Shown: piece by piece, positions 49,526 to 63,264 of the stretch
How the letters are laid out: every line of letters starts with the position of its first letter
Numbering within the stretch: position 1 is the stretch's first letter
From: Octopus vulgaris
Lineage: Eukaryota
Length of the DNA: 64,000 nucleotides
Reading direction: 5' to 3'
Assembly (NCBI GenBank): GCA_951406725.2
Contig: OX597835.1
Coordinates: 24,118,001 to 24,182,000 of the forward strand
Program-made: the position numbers and the translations under genes
Notes under the pieces: model-generated
The model's input: only the letters and a program-made list of their open reading frames with translations
Told to the model about the DNA's origin: nothing
The model's database searches: none

Positions 49526-51584
49526 GTGGCTGTCATACACAGAGAGAGAAAGAGAGAGAGGCCAAGGCCTAGTGGAGAGGTATAGTGAGAGTGAAGAAAT
49601 ATGGTGGGACTAGAGGGTGGTGATGGTGGTGGTGATGGAGAGAGAGAGATGCGATGAAGATGAGAGAGAATGCGAAGTGGTGTTGGTGGTGGTAGAGAAA
49701 GACAACTGTGGTGATGAAGAGAGAGCGAGAGGGGGGAGGCTCTGATGGTGATAGTGTCGACTACGATGACAGTGGTGACGGTTCAACTCTTAGTGAATCC
49801 ACTCATCATTCATATACATTGACAATATGGCCACGGGGGGGGGGTGGTGGCGGGAGGGAGGGGGGAGTTGTTGAACATTTCTTGTACAAAGTATACAACG
49901 TAATCAGGTTGATTGATGGAGATATGCCAGAAGGCCTTAATGAATTAAAATTTTCATGTTTAACAAGGAAAAACAAACATCAAGGGTCCCCCTCCCCCTC
50001 CACCTAACCTAATTCAGTTTTGTATAAAATCCAATTCCTAATTTCTCAAAGTTATCTCCCCCTTATTTCGAGTGTTTCTAACAATCGCCACAAGGGTTTT
50101 CTTTTCGTTCTCTTTCTTCAACTAAGAGGTAAATTGCAGGATTTTTTCAGTTTTTTTTTTTGTTTTGTTTTTATAGCATGCATTGTTTGGTACAGTATCT
50201 GAATTATCTAAATTGATGTCAGTAGTTCATTTGAGTTGTTTCCCTTGGCTCTTCTTTTTCTTTCTTTCTTTTTTTAAGTATAGTTATAGTTTCTGATCAA
50301 TTGTTTTAGTTGCTCTCATCATCATCATCATCATTGCTAATGCTATAGACCACTAGCATTGGTTCCAACAATGACCATCACCACTACCACCGTAACCAAT
50401 CCATACCATTGCTGCCACCACCACCTGTACCAACACTGGTACTGCCACTACTATCATCATCACCACCACTGCCACCTGCTACAACCATTACTGCAGCAAC
50501 CACCCCCCACCACTGCTACCATCACCACAACTGTCACTGCTACCCCCTCTACTACCATCATCTCAACCACCACCAGCATCATCATCATCATAACCACGAA
50601 CAACCTGATAAACGGTCATGCCACTTCCACACCACCACCACCTCAGCATCATCATCATCACCATGACTACCAGTACTGTTATCATGACGTTAGCAACTGC
50701 CATGGGAACAAATGAACTATAGAAATCAATTAAACTGATCTATCGTAATTTGGTTTGTGTGTGTGTGTTTCTGTCCCAGAGGGAATCATCATCATTCACA
50801 ACTGTTAGATTATCTCATTGGTGTTGTTGTTACTGTTGTAGTTGTTATTATTATTGTTTTTATTATTATCATTATTATTATTATTGGAATATATAATCTG
50901 AATAGTGTTATGTTACATTGGTTAATCTTTTGTTGCCAAGCTTTGTGAACTTTTTGTTTTTGTTATTATTATTATTATTAATATCATCGTCATTATTATC
51001 ATTATTAATTATTTATTATTTATTTATTTATTATATTATTTCTATGCGGAAAGCTTTGTCCACATTTTTTTTTCTCTGTTTTTCTTTTCTCTTTTGTTTT
51101 TTTTTTTTCTCTTCTTTGTCTTTTTCCTATTTTTTTTCTTCTTTTTTATCTACGAAGTTCATCTGGTTGAAATAAAAGAGTATTTGATAAATGTCAGTCC
51201 CCCCCCCCCGTATCCACCAGATAGATATTGCTGGATTGTTTGTGTGTGTTTGTTTTTGGTTTTTTTTGAATCTATTGTTTTTAGGTCTGGTCTCTCCTCT
51301 TTACTTCTCTCTCTTGTTCTTCCCTGTTTTATTTATTTTTTTTTTTTCAGTTTACATACCCTATGTTAAATTTTTTTGCTAGTATCTGTCCTTATAATTC
51401 ATTATTATTATTGTCATTATCATTGAGGTGGGGAGCTGGCGGGATTTTTAGCATGGCGGACAAATTGCTTAATGGTATCTTGTTTGCCCGAGTTCAAATT
51501 CCACTGAGGTCAACTTTGCCTTTCATTCTTTCAGGGTCGATAAAATAAGTGCCAGTTGAGCACTGGGGTCAATGTAATCAATTA

Positions 51585-52801
51585 GTATTTCATAAAAATT
51601 TCTTGAAATACTAAAGAGTAAATTTATTCAATCAAATCACCATTGGCTTTAACCATGGCCTCCAGATGACTTTGCAATCTCCTGCAACTCTTCCAGACTA
51701 TCTCCTTGTTAAAGTTGGTCAATACTGCCATAATCCTTGCCTTCAGTTCATCTTTGGTGTTACAAGGAATTTTGTTGCTCTCTCGCTCAACTGTGCCCCA
51801 CACATAATAACCCAAAGGGATTGCAGTCTGGGGAGTTAGGCAGCCAGATGTTAGGGGTGATGTGGTTGCAGAAATTGTCTGATAGCCATGACTGGGTTCT
51901 CCTGCTTGTGTGGCATGGTGCAGAGCCCTGTTGCCAGACATAAGGTCTCCCAGCAGCCACCCTCTTAACTCAAGGTAGCACTACCTCTTCCAGGCACTTG
52001 ATGTAGGTCTGCGTGTTGAGTGTGAGGCTGTGTGGGAAGATGAATGGAGGCATAACATTGCCATCACTAGTGATCACTCCAGACACCATAATATTGACTG
52101 GATGTTTGATTTTTATCATTCTCGGTACATGTTTTAGGGACACGGCAAGCCGATGGTTGTTCTGTGTGTTCACCATCTGATCCTGGCAGAAATTTTTCTT
52201 GTTTGAGAAAAACCAAAGTATGTTCAGTTGGAGGGGATGCTTGAGTTTGTCCAAAAGTTTTGCAGCATGGTCTTTCCTCTTGTTATTGATGGCTTGGGAT
52301 AAAAATTGGCCCTTTCTCATCTTGTATGAGGAATAACAAATGTCTTCATGCACAACCTGCCTGATAAGAAACTCAGACACTCCCATATCCCTGGCGATGG
52401 ACCTGATTGTCTTGGAGGAATCATTGTCAATCATGGCCTGGATCTCACTAAGACATTCAGGAGTTCTTTTCTTATCAGAATGATGAGAGTGAGTTTTCCA
52501 AGCTGCCATACCTTCGTAATCACCATTAGACTCATCTAACTCTTTCCAAATCCTCTGCACTGTCATCAGATTGACACCCAAATACCCTGAAATGTCAGTA
52601 TTGGTGCTTCTGGCTTGAAAACCAAGCAGTACAGCATGTTGTTTCCAAATCTCTGGTAGAGTGAATTGCGTCATGGTGCTTTCTCACAGATGGTGCCCAA
52701 CTGACCCTACTATACTGTGTAGTTGACAAAATCAAAAACAAACAATGTGCATGTGTGAAATTAAAAATATAAAATCACAATAATTTATCCATCGCACCCT
52801 G
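51585..52801 (-). mobile_element. maT (DD37D) Tc1/mariner transposon remnant, transposase pseudogene
   Basis: ORFs 51970-52674 and 51624-51941. Motifs WFFSNKKNF, VWQQGSAPCH ... WLPNSPDCNP-GYYVWG, with about 37 residues between the 2nd and 3rd catalytic positions (all three D positions mutated; a frameshift lies at the 3rd). End TA|cagggtgcgatggataaatt. Confidence 0.85.
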
Positions 52802-52827
52802 TATGTATATGTGTGTGTGTGTGTGTA

Positions 52828-52863
<36 letters not shown>

Positions 52864-53799
52864 CAGGTTTCATTCAGTTTCTGTCTACCTAATCCACTCA
52901 CAAGGCTTTGGTCGGCCTGGTGGCTGAAGTAGAAGACACTTGTCCAAGGTGTCACACAGTGGGACTGAACCCAGGACCTTGTGGTTGGGAAGCAAACTTC
53001 TTACCACACAGCTACACCTGTTGTGGTCTCCTCGTTGTCTGACTATGTATTATAAATAGGTGAGAAATGCATGTTTGCCTTCTTCGCATTTTCTTAAAAT
53101 TTTTTGTGTCATCTGTGTATGTGTAAATGAGGAATTTCAAGCTCTCAGTGTCTGTGTCTCTATCTACTTGTCTCTCTCTCTGCTCTGATCTGTGGAATGT
53201 TACTACTTGGTTCTGCCCGAGAGAGATTTAATATATTCTTGAAAAGATGCCATTATGTCAGCAACCGATATTTTACGAAGATTTTTGAATTTGCAGCCTG
53301 CTTACTTGGGGAAGAGAAAGATTGAGAGATATCAGATGACATTTTTCACACATTTTATTATAAAGTTATCTTTCTCTCTAGTACAAAATCCATCCCACCC
53401 ACCCCAGTATTACTTAACCTCCTTGAGAACCATGGGAGAATGAGGAGGAGGTAGAGGAGAAGTTTTGGAGGGTGCAGCACGGTGTTTTTCTATTTATTTT
53501 TGTGTGTTTTTTTTTCTTTAATATATTTTTTCTTCTTCTTAACTCAGTCTCTGCTTTTCCCTTGCTTCTTCAAACATGCTGTTGGCAGATGTTAAGTCTG
53601 TGGTTCTTAATTTTTCTATGGCTTTGTGGTGCACTGGAAAATAAGTAAATAAAAATAAAGTTACGGGTGCATTTTGCATGCAAAGTTTAAAAAATCACTT
53701 CTTCGGTATTGCACTTAGAAAAAAAAAATGTTTTAAACTTTTTATTGGTGTGGTGGTGGTGGTGGTGGCAGCGATGGTGTTGGCCGTAGTGTCAATTTC

Positions 53800-53965
53800 C
53801 TTTGCTGTGGGCAAAAGGCCCTTGAGATGATTAGTGTCATTGCACAGGTAACATCTTGGCCTTCTGCCCTCTGCAGCCACATGAAGCTCTGTGACATCTG
53901 GTAGGTTTATGTAGTCCATGATTGCTTTGATGCTTTGTTCATCTACCTGTATTAATTTCATACCT
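53800..53965 (-). pseudogene. LINE ORF1/gag-like zinc-knuckle fragment
   Basis: EGRRPRCYLCNDTNHLK... A one-base frameshift restores CX2CX4HX4C. Confidence 0.5.
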
Positions 53966-54224
53966 TGTCCTAATTAAATTCTGCTTCTAATGCACTGAGT
54001 TTGTTTTACTTAATTTTGAAAATTTGTAAGAATTTAGTAAAATAACTTTCGTGTTATCAAGGCAGTGTGTAGAGCATGAATCAGAATCAAATTATGGTGG
54101 AAGGTTTTAATTTAGGTAATATAAAACAGGAAGTTTTTATCATAGAACCAGGTGTGGTTTGAGGCAGATTGGAATCAAAGCTAAACATTTAGGAGAAAAA
54201 AAAAAGAAAATATTTACTTTACTT

Positions 54225-54620
54225 TACTCTTTTACTTGTTTCAGTCATTTGACTGCGGCCATGCTGGAGCACCGCCTTTAGTCGAGCATATCGACCACAG
54301 GACTTATTCTTTGTAAGCCTAGTACTTATTCTATCGGTCTCTTTTGCCGAACTGCTAAGTGACAGGGACATAAACACACCAGCATCGGTTGTCAAGCAAT
54401 GCTAGGGGGACAAACACAGACACACGAACATACACACACATATATACATATATAGGACGGGCTTCTTTCAGTTTCCATCTACCAAATCCACTCACAAGGC
54501 TTTGGTCGGCCCAAGGCTATAGTAGAAGACACTTGCCCAAGGTGGTATGCAGTGGGACTGAACCCGGAACCATGTGGTTGGTTAGCAAGCTACTTACCAC
54601 ACAGCCACTCATGCACCTAT
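54225..54620 (-). mobile_element. SINE family A (young)
   Basis: Near-identical to 46605-47053. Confidence 0.88.
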
Positions 54621-55218
54621 TTCTTAAATGTTTAATTATTAACTCTTTAGCATTGAAACCAGCCATATCTGGCTCAAATATTCTTCTTGTTGTATGTTCA
54701 AACTGGCCAGATCCAGCCTCTCACACCTACCCTATATTGTCTTTCTAAACATAAATGGTCACATCTGAAGGCTACGAGATAATTCATGAATGATTTAAAA
54801 TAATGTGAATAAATAAGCATTACATTTGACAGAATAATTTCAATGCTGAATGGTAATCATGCTAATTATGTATAAATATAATTAAGAAAATGTTTATGAG
54901 GGGGCTTTAGCAATCTGTAGCACAACTAGATATGCATGTAGTACACAATTTGAGAAGCATTGTGTTAAGTACTTGTTAGTCCTTTAACTCCATGTAGAGC
55001 ATAGGACACCTTCAAGAAATGTATTGAGTTCTACACCTGGTTATTACAATGCCTAAGTGAAGTATATATATATATATATATATATATAAACATTTGCATA
55101 AATATTTATGTGCACATGTATGTCTGTGTGTGTGTGTATGTGTGTTTATATATGTGTACGTGTTTATATTTGTGTTTATACATGTGTGCATGTTTGTGTG
55201 TGTGTGTGTGTGTGTATG

Positions 55219-55262
<44 letters not shown>

Positions 55263-56605
55263 TGCACACATATATACACCTACATACATGTGTGAGTGTA
55301 TCTGTATGCATAGGCCTGTCTGAGTGAGTGACTTCGTCTTTCCCTCGCATCCACTGGTTTGTAAAGAATGGCTTTCTGACTCTATTGTTTGCGCTAAGAA
55401 GTCCATCACCACCACCACCACCACCGCTACAGCCACCACATCTCTGGGCTTCTTGACATGTCCTGACATGTTGCTCAGTCTTTGTTAGGCGAAACGGTGC
55501 ATTAGTATGACCAAGCATGAAGCTGCTCCTGGCGTATGAATGAGGTTTGAAACGGTGACCGTGTGTCTGCATAAAATCCCTCTGGTCTGTTTGTTGTTTG
55601 ATATTCCATGGGGATTGTTGCTTGCACTTGGAAGTAAGTGGTGTGTGTGTGTGCAGGGAGGGGATCAGCCATATGAAGGGCATCTGGTCGTAGAAAACTC
55701 TGCTACCGTGTACTCTCACCTACCTCAAGGATGTTGAAACAGTAGTGGTGGTGGTGGTGGTCAAGAGGAGGAGGAGGTGCAGTGGTGATGATGAAGAGGA
55801 GGGGTGTGGAAGTGATGAGGAGGAGGAGGAGATGTGGCAGTGATGATGAAGTGGAGGAAGGTGGTTGGTGATGATGAAGAGGAGAGGTGTGGTGGTGGTG
55901 ATGAGGATGGAAGGATGGAGATGCTGATGATGAGGAGGGGGAGGAGTGACAGTGGAGAGGAAGGGAAGGATGAGGAAGAGAATGAGGAGGATGGTGATTG
56001 TGTGTGCTTTCTGTACATGGGCTTGTTTACTAGTGTTGCGTTATGTGTTTCATGAGTCAAAAACTGTACCTTAGCTATTTCTATCCATTTCTAATATGTA
56101 TTGATTGCTAAAATAATGCCAGTGTGATATTTGATGCAACGAGGTCATGTGATTGACTAAAACCCTTCAAAGTCGAGCTTAGCAGAGCTGCAGTTCAGTG
56201 ATTGGAACTGGCCACAGAATCAGTGTATGTGTGTGTTTATACCTGTGTTTGTCCATTTGGATTTACAAATATGTAAAAAGTACACAGGTGTGGCATAGGT
56301 GCAAGTTTGGCTGTGTGGTAAGAAGCTTGCTTCCCAACCACATGGTTCCAGGTTCAGTCCCACTGTGTAGCACCTTGGACAAGTGTCTTCTACTATAGCC
56401 TTGAGTCGACCAAAGCCTTGCAAATGGATTTGGTAGAGGGAAACTGAAAGAAGCCCATCATGTGCGTGCGTGCTTTTGTGTGTGTGTGTGTGTGTGTGTA
56501 AATTCCCTCTTAAGTTAAAATGTCTTAGACTTACTTCTCTGCTATTTCCCCCCTCCATCTTTTATATATAAAAATTTGATTTGTATAAATCTCTAACCTT
56601 TTTTC

Positions 56606-56641
<36 letters not shown>

Positions 56642-57344
56642 TATATATGTATGTATGATCTATCTGTGTGGTGCAGTTGGTTAGCACGTTTGGCTGTTAA
56701 CTGAAAAGCTGGTAGTTCAAGCCCACCCACGGTCTGCTGAAATTTAGCTATTTTCCGTCCATCCCATGCTAGCATGGAAAGCGGACGTTAAACGATGATG
56801 ATGATGATGATGTGTGTGTGTGTATGTATATTTGATTAATGAGGGAGAACATGCTTTACCAAAGTGTATACCATACATATATATAATTATGTATATCTGT
56901 GTGTGTCTGTATTTGTCCTCCACCACCAGGCTTGGCAACTAGTGTGTTTATGTCCCTGTAACTTAGCAGTTCGGTGAAAGGGACCGATAGAATAAGTGCC
57001 AGTACTGGGGTCAATACATTTGACTAAAAATTCTTGAATGCAGTGCCCCAGCATGGCCACAGTCTAATGACCAACAAGTAAACGAGAATATAATACATTT
57101 AGTAGAGTATATTCATTTAGTTAAAGCAGAGCTTTCATTCTGCCCCATTTCATTCAGTTCCCCTTTCTGGCTCATTCTTCAAAGTAACTGCAAGAAGTCC
57201 CTTGGAAGAACGTGATTGAAATAGGAAACTTGGATTAGGGATTGAGTGAACTCTCAGCATTATATACCGTCATCATTATCAGCCATCATCATCACCATCA
57301 TCACTGTTGTACTGTCCACTTTTCCATTTTTCCTCATGGGTCAC

Positions 57345-57725
57345 GCAATGGCCCAGTGGTTAGGTCAGCGGACTCGCGGTCATAGGATCGCGGTTTCGAT
57401 TCCCAGACCGGGCGTTGTGAGTGTTTATTGAGCGAAAACACCTAAAAAGCCCTACGAGGCTCCGGCAGGGGATGGTGGTGATCCCTGCTGTACTCTTTCA
57501 CCACAACTTTCTCTCACTCTTACTTCCTGTTTTTGTTGTACCTGTATTTCAAGGGGCCGGCCTTGTCACTCTCTGTGTCATGCTGAATATCCCCGAGAAC
57601 TACGTTAAGGGTGCACGTGTCTGTGGAGTGCTCAGCCACTTACACGTTAATTTCACGAGCAGGCTGTTCCGTTGATTCGGATCAACCAGAACCCTCATCG
57701 TCGTAACCGACGGAGTGCTTCCATC
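57345..57725 (+). mobile_element. tRNA-derived SINE family E (full length)
   Basis: A-box tggcccagtggtt and B-box ggtttcgattccc. Relatives at about 25738, 39700, 42835 and 62925. Confidence 0.8.
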
Positions 57726-58199
57726 CATTGAGGCAAATATTTTGTCTCGATTCCTTTCTTGTCGTCAACTTTCACCTGTTTCCCAAGCAAGGTAACATTC
57801 CCCCTCCCCTGACCAGACATGTTTTCATGGAAGATTGGAAGTGAATGACACCTCCCCCTCACATGTATATGACTGTGACATTAGTTTTGCAGTGATGTAG
57901 ACAGGGAAACACAAACATGCACATGCACAAAAACACCAATGCACATGAACTTTTTTGCATGCGGAGATTCTGAGTGACAATGTAACCTTCATTTCATTAA
58001 AGGTAATCTTTAGCCTGATGATTACCTATGTTTAGCATTGCTCATTGCATAACTATTACATCATGAAGTTCAGCTAGCTAAGAAACATGTAGCATGCATT
58101 TTACCTGTTCAGCTTCCTCATCTGGATATATATATATATATATATATCATCATCATCATCATCGTTTAACATCCGCTTTCTGTGCTAGCACGGGTTATA

Positions 58200-58646
58200 T
58201 CTCTCTCTATATATAAACGGCAGTTTGTCTGTCAGGTTGTACCCTCACCCTGACCATGGCTTTCAACCGATTCTGATGAAACTTGACACACACATAGCCC
58301 AATGTCATAACTCAAAACTAACGCAGCGAAAATTTTGAAAAGTTCCCCCAGTTCTGAAAAAATCGATAAATTCGACATGGGGTCGAGAATCTAAGCTTTT
58401 TATATGCAACACATTTTCTGGACTGTACGTGGGCTGTTCACGCGTTGGGAGGCGCAATGATGTTTTCATGTTTTCGCCCAAAGGGACAGCTAGGAACATC
58501 GTATACACAGAAGTATTTGAGTGAAGAGAAGACATTGCAACCTACACATGCGCCTTCGTTCCCTGGAGGGAAAGAACTAGATTGGGATTAGTCGTTGCCT
58601 ACTAGGGGCTCTTACATACCCGGGCAATGCCGGGCTATGCTGCTAG
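58200..58646 (+). mobile_element. Non-autonomous Helitron
   Basis: A|TC... 5' end, hairpin cccgggcaatgccggg (58619-58634), CTAG|T 3' end, no TSD. Partial relative at about 62215-62495. Confidence 0.8.
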
Positions 58647-59221
58647 TATATAATATTGTGTGTGTTTAAGAAACATATGTAGTGTGAATGTTACCTGTTC
58701 AGCTCCCGCAATTTGGAGACATATATTATATGTATGTGTGTGTGTATTTAAAAACATGTAGTGTGCATTTTACCTGTTCAACTCCCTCAATTTGGAAATA
58801 TATATATTGTGTGTGTGTGTGTGTGTATTTACATAAAAACGAATTTTTATGAATGTAGAGTACCCAATATGGATATGGTGTGAAATATATATTTTGATAC
58901 AATCAGAGGATAGATTAATGCATTGTTACTAATAGTTTCATGTCTGAGTAACTAAACAACACAGACTTTGGACGATATATGACCCACCTTTCACAAAAGA
59001 TTATCTTTACAAATATATAGAAGTGTATACATGATTTCTGGTGTCTTAACTATGAAGTGTTACAAGGTCCTTCGTTTGTTTGAATTAGTGGGAGATTGCT
59101 GGTTTTTTTATTATCTGAAGATTGCTTTGCTTATCAACTCTGGTATGAAACTATTAGTAACAAAGTATTACTATATTCATTTACTATGACAAGATCTTTC
59201 TTGCTATCTCCTTCTCTCTAC

Positions 59222-59258
59222 TTGTGTGTGTGTATGTATGTATGTGTGTGTGTGAATA

Positions 59259-59322
<64 letters not shown>

Positions 59323-59366
59323 TATGTATATATGTATGTATATATGTATGTATGTATATATGTATG

Positions 59367-59397
<31 letters not shown>

Positions 59398-59570
59398 ATG
59401 TATGTATGTATGTATATATATATATGTATGTATGTATGTATGTATATATATATATGTATGTATGTATGTATGTATATATATATATGTATGTATGTATGTA
59501 TGTCTATATATATATGTATGTATATATATATATGTATGTATGTATGTATGTCTATATATATATGTATGTA

Positions 59571-59603
<33 letters not shown>

Positions 59604-59606
59604 ATA
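59222..59606. repeat. Compound TATG/TA microsatellite
   Basis: Direct reading. Confidence 0.92.
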
Positions 59607-60125
59607 TTAATTATAAATAAGTAACAAAGATGTACATGTGTCAATTCATTACGGAATATTAGGTACAAACACTTCTACATGGATTCTTGATATTCAACAT
59701 TCAAATAATATTGTTGAAGTGTGCGGACTATACTGAACTAGCAAGGTGCCTCAATTTAAGTACCTAATTCAACTGAATCTTGCCAGTGCCGCCTGACTGG
59801 CTCCCCGTGCCAGTGACATGTAAAAAGCACCATCTGAACATGGTCGTTGCCGCCCCCTGCCTCAACTGGCTCCTGTGCTGGTGGTGCATAAAAAGCACCA
59901 TCCGAATGTGGCCAATGCCAGTGCCACCTGACTGGCTTCTGTACCAGTGGCACTTAAAAAGCACCCACTACACTCTCAGAGTGGTTAGCGTTAGGAAGAG
60001 CATCCAGCTGTAGAAACGTTGCCAGATCAGATTGGAGCCTGGTGCAGCCTCCTGGCTTGCCAGTCCCCGGTCAAACCGTCCAACCCATGCCAGCATGGAA
60101 AACAGGCATTAAACAATGATGATGT

Positions 60126-60176
<51 letters not shown>

Positions 60177-60189
60177 ACATATACACACA

Positions 60190-60403
60190 CGAAAGGGCTG
60201 CTGAAAAGTTCCTGGCTTTGGGTAAAACAAAATACAAGAGAATCAGTTAATTATGATTTTATTCAACATATTCTCCTCTCAGATTCTCCCACTTACTGCA
60301 GTAGTCCTTCAGTTTTTCTGGGACCTATAAAAGAACTTGGAAGGTTGGACCTCCAACCAGGCCTTTCGCTACACCCTTAAAGCCAGGACCTTTTCAGCAC
60401 CCC
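60190..60403. mobile_element. Mariner-type MITE (uninterrupted, inverted relative of 4105-4732)
   Basis: TIRs gctgaaaagttcctggc / gccaggaccttttcagcacc. Confidence 0.8.
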
Positions 60404-60760
60404 ACCTCTTATATGTATAGGGAAGTCCTTAAGCAAGAACTGATCACTCAATGCTCATGCTCCATCTGGCAAAAATGAATGCTAGGGTACTTTGAAGTTT
60501 TGCATATTCGACAAATGTATGATCACACACACGCACACACACACACACATATGCACACACACACACACACACATACACACACCTCACCACACACAGATGT
60601 GTGTGTGTCTAGAAGCAGGTGAATGTGTAAACGTCATGATGACCTTATAAATTAAGCATTTGAAGATGGTTTCTTTATTTACTACTACCACCACCATAAC
60701 CACCTCTGTTCTCATGACCATGACCACCACCACTGACATCTAAGATTCCTTTACTTTCAG

Positions 60761-60833
60761 GTTGTCCAGGAATACGAGAGGGCTGTAATCTTTCGACTTG
60801 GAAGACTATTGTCTGGAGGAGCAAAGGGACCAG
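60761..60833 (+). CDS. Stomatin/band-7 exon: VVQEYERAVIFRLGRLLSGGAKGP(G)
   Basis: TTTCAG| ... CAG|GTATGT, 73 nt. Hallmark stomatin motif EYERAVIFRLGR...GAKGPG. Confidence 0.96.
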
Positions 60834-61269
60834 GTATGTACTTTCACATCTCTTTGTCCAATTTTCCTGCTTCCTTACACTCACTGAATTGCTTCAATCT
60901 CTCCGTCTGTCACTGTCCATTTCACCTGTTCATTTCTGTCTTTGTGTTTGGCCGTCCACCTCGTCACCTGTAACCTTTGTATTTCTCCATCTACTTCTTT
61001 GCTTCTGTCAGCTGGCCAGTAGATTTGGAATTTAAGATTAAACCATGCAACTTTATTGTAGACTAATTTTGTGTGTTTGCTATTTTGGATAATTATAATA
61101 CCTGTTCTCTTTTGATTGGTCGGACTATAACAAACACAACAAAAACAGTAAAAAGAATATAGAGGGACCAGTGTTTCTTTATATGGAACACTGGTTCCAT
61201 ATGGTGTTCCATAGGTTTTGGAGTCACAATATTGTATAAGGAACCATATATTTTATGATATTCCTTATT

Positions 61270-61860
61270 AGGCACTGGCTTGGCTGTGTGGTAAGAGGCT
61301 TGCTTCCTAACCACGTGGTTCTAGGTTCAGTCCCACTGCATGACACCTTGGTGAGCTGGCTGAATAGTTAGCATGCCAAGCGAAATGCTTAGCAGTATTT
61401 TGTCTGCTGCTACGTTCTGAGTTCAAATTACGCCGAGGTTGACTTTGCCTTTCATCCTTTCGGGGTCAATTAAATAAGTACCAGTTACACACTGGGGTCG
61501 ATATAATCGGCTTAATCTGTTTGTCTGTCCTTGTTTGTCCTCTCTGTGTTTAGCCCCTTGTGGGTAGTAAGGAAATACACCTTGGGTAGTGTCTTTTACT
61601 ATAGCCTCAGACTGACCAAATACTTGTAAGTGGATTTGGTAGATGGAAACTGAAAGAAGCGCAATGTATGTGTGTGTGTCAGTGTTTATATCCCTGTAAC
61701 TTAGCGGTTCAGCAAAAGAGACTGAGAGAATAAGTACCAGGCTTAACAAAAAAGGACAAACTAAGTAGTGGGGTTGATTCATTCTTCCAAAATTTCTTCA
61801 AGGTGGTGCTCCAGCATGGCCACACTCCAATGACTGAAACTAGTAAAAGATAAAAGCTAT
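61270..61860 (+). mobile_element. SINE family A with nested family B (61352-61576, TSD acaccttgg)
   Basis: acaccttgg at 61343-61351 and 61577-61585. Confidence 0.82.
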
Positions 61861-62513
61861 AATGTTCCTGACAACCTGGAACCCTGTGCTTCCCAACCAT
61901 CTGGTGTAGCACCTTGGACAAGTATCTTTACTATAGCTTCAGGCCGATCAAATCCTTATGAGTGGATTTGGCAAATGAAGAACTGAAAGAAACCTGTCAT
62001 ACGTGCATGTCTTTGTGTCTATGTTTGCCCTCCACCACTGCTTGACAGCCAGTGTTGGTATGTTTACATTCCTGTGAAGATTTATTTCAATTTTAATAAA
62101 CAGTATATTACTCTACCTTTGGTATTTGAGTACTAATTTACCCACCTTGTTTCACATTTTTGTGCTTACTTATGTGTGCGCACACACACACACACACATA
62201 GGTGTGTGTGTGTATATATATATACGGCAGTTTGTCTGTGCATGTTTCTGTGTGTCTGTTTGCTTGTACCTCACTGACCACGGCTTTCAGCCGATTCTGA
62301 TGAAACTTGACACACACATACATACATATATAAACATATATATATATATATAAATACATACAGAATATATAACAAACATATATATATATATATACATACA
62401 TACATATATAAACCATATATATATTTCCATTTATACATAACTTATAAAAATGCTTTATACATTTCACTTACAAACCTGAGCAACGCCGGCGATACATATG
62501 TATATATATATAT

Positions 62514-62565
<52 letters not shown>

Positions 62566-62631
62566 TATACATAAACAGACATACATATATACACACACGC
62601 ACATATATATATATGTTTTTGTTTGTTACAG

Positions 62632-62714
62632 GGTTGTTTTGCATCATACCATGTATTGATTCCTATAGCAAAGTTGATATGAGGACTGTCTCTTTTGATG
62701 TGCCGCCCCAGGAG
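62632..62714 (+). CDS. Stomatin/band-7 exon: (G)LFCIIPCIDSYSKVDMRTVSFDVPPQE
   Basis: TTACAG| ... GAG|GTATGT, 83 nt, phase 1 to 0. SPFH start motif PC.D...VDMRT.SFD.PPQE. Confidence 0.96.
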
Positions 62715-63264
62715 GTATGTAACTCTGGCTTCCTTTGATCCTCATTACCCTTTCTCATCTTCAAATCAATGCCTGCGCCATAGATATTTCTACTGGAACC
62801 TAATTTGTAAATAACAGTTTGCTTGGAAATCTGACTAAAATTGTACTCTGCAAAGAGAGAAGGGGTTATTTAGCTTAAGGTCAGACCTAATTGGGCAGTT
62901 CTTTAATCAGAGACATCAGTGAAAGCCTGTGGCTCAGGGGTTTGGGCATTTTATTCACAATCACAAGATCAGGAGTTCCCAGCTGTGCATTGAGTTCTTG
63001 AGCAAGATATTCTATTTCATGTTGCTCCAGTCCACTCAGCTCGCAAAACTGAGTCGTACCAGTAATTCAAAGGGTGCTGGCCTTGTCACATTCTATGTCA
63101 CGCTGAACCTCCCTGAGACTATGTTATGGGTACATGTGTCTGTGGAGCGCTCAGCCACTTGCATATTAATTTCACGAGCAGGCTGTTCTGTTGACTGGAT
63201 CAACTTGGACACATAAAGGTCTTGACAGAGATGTATTTATTTAGGAATATCTATGCTCCCAGTC

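Noticed and set aside
56655-56735. tRNA gene (ggtgcagttggttagcacgtttggctgttaactgaaaagctggtagttcaagccc)
   Set aside because: It resembles tRNA-Asn with A/B boxes, but the acceptor stem is not intact. More likely a SINE head or pseudogene.
58273-58283. CTGATGAAAC as a hammerhead core
   Set aside because: No stem II between the boxes. It is part of the Helitron internal motif, also at about 62297.
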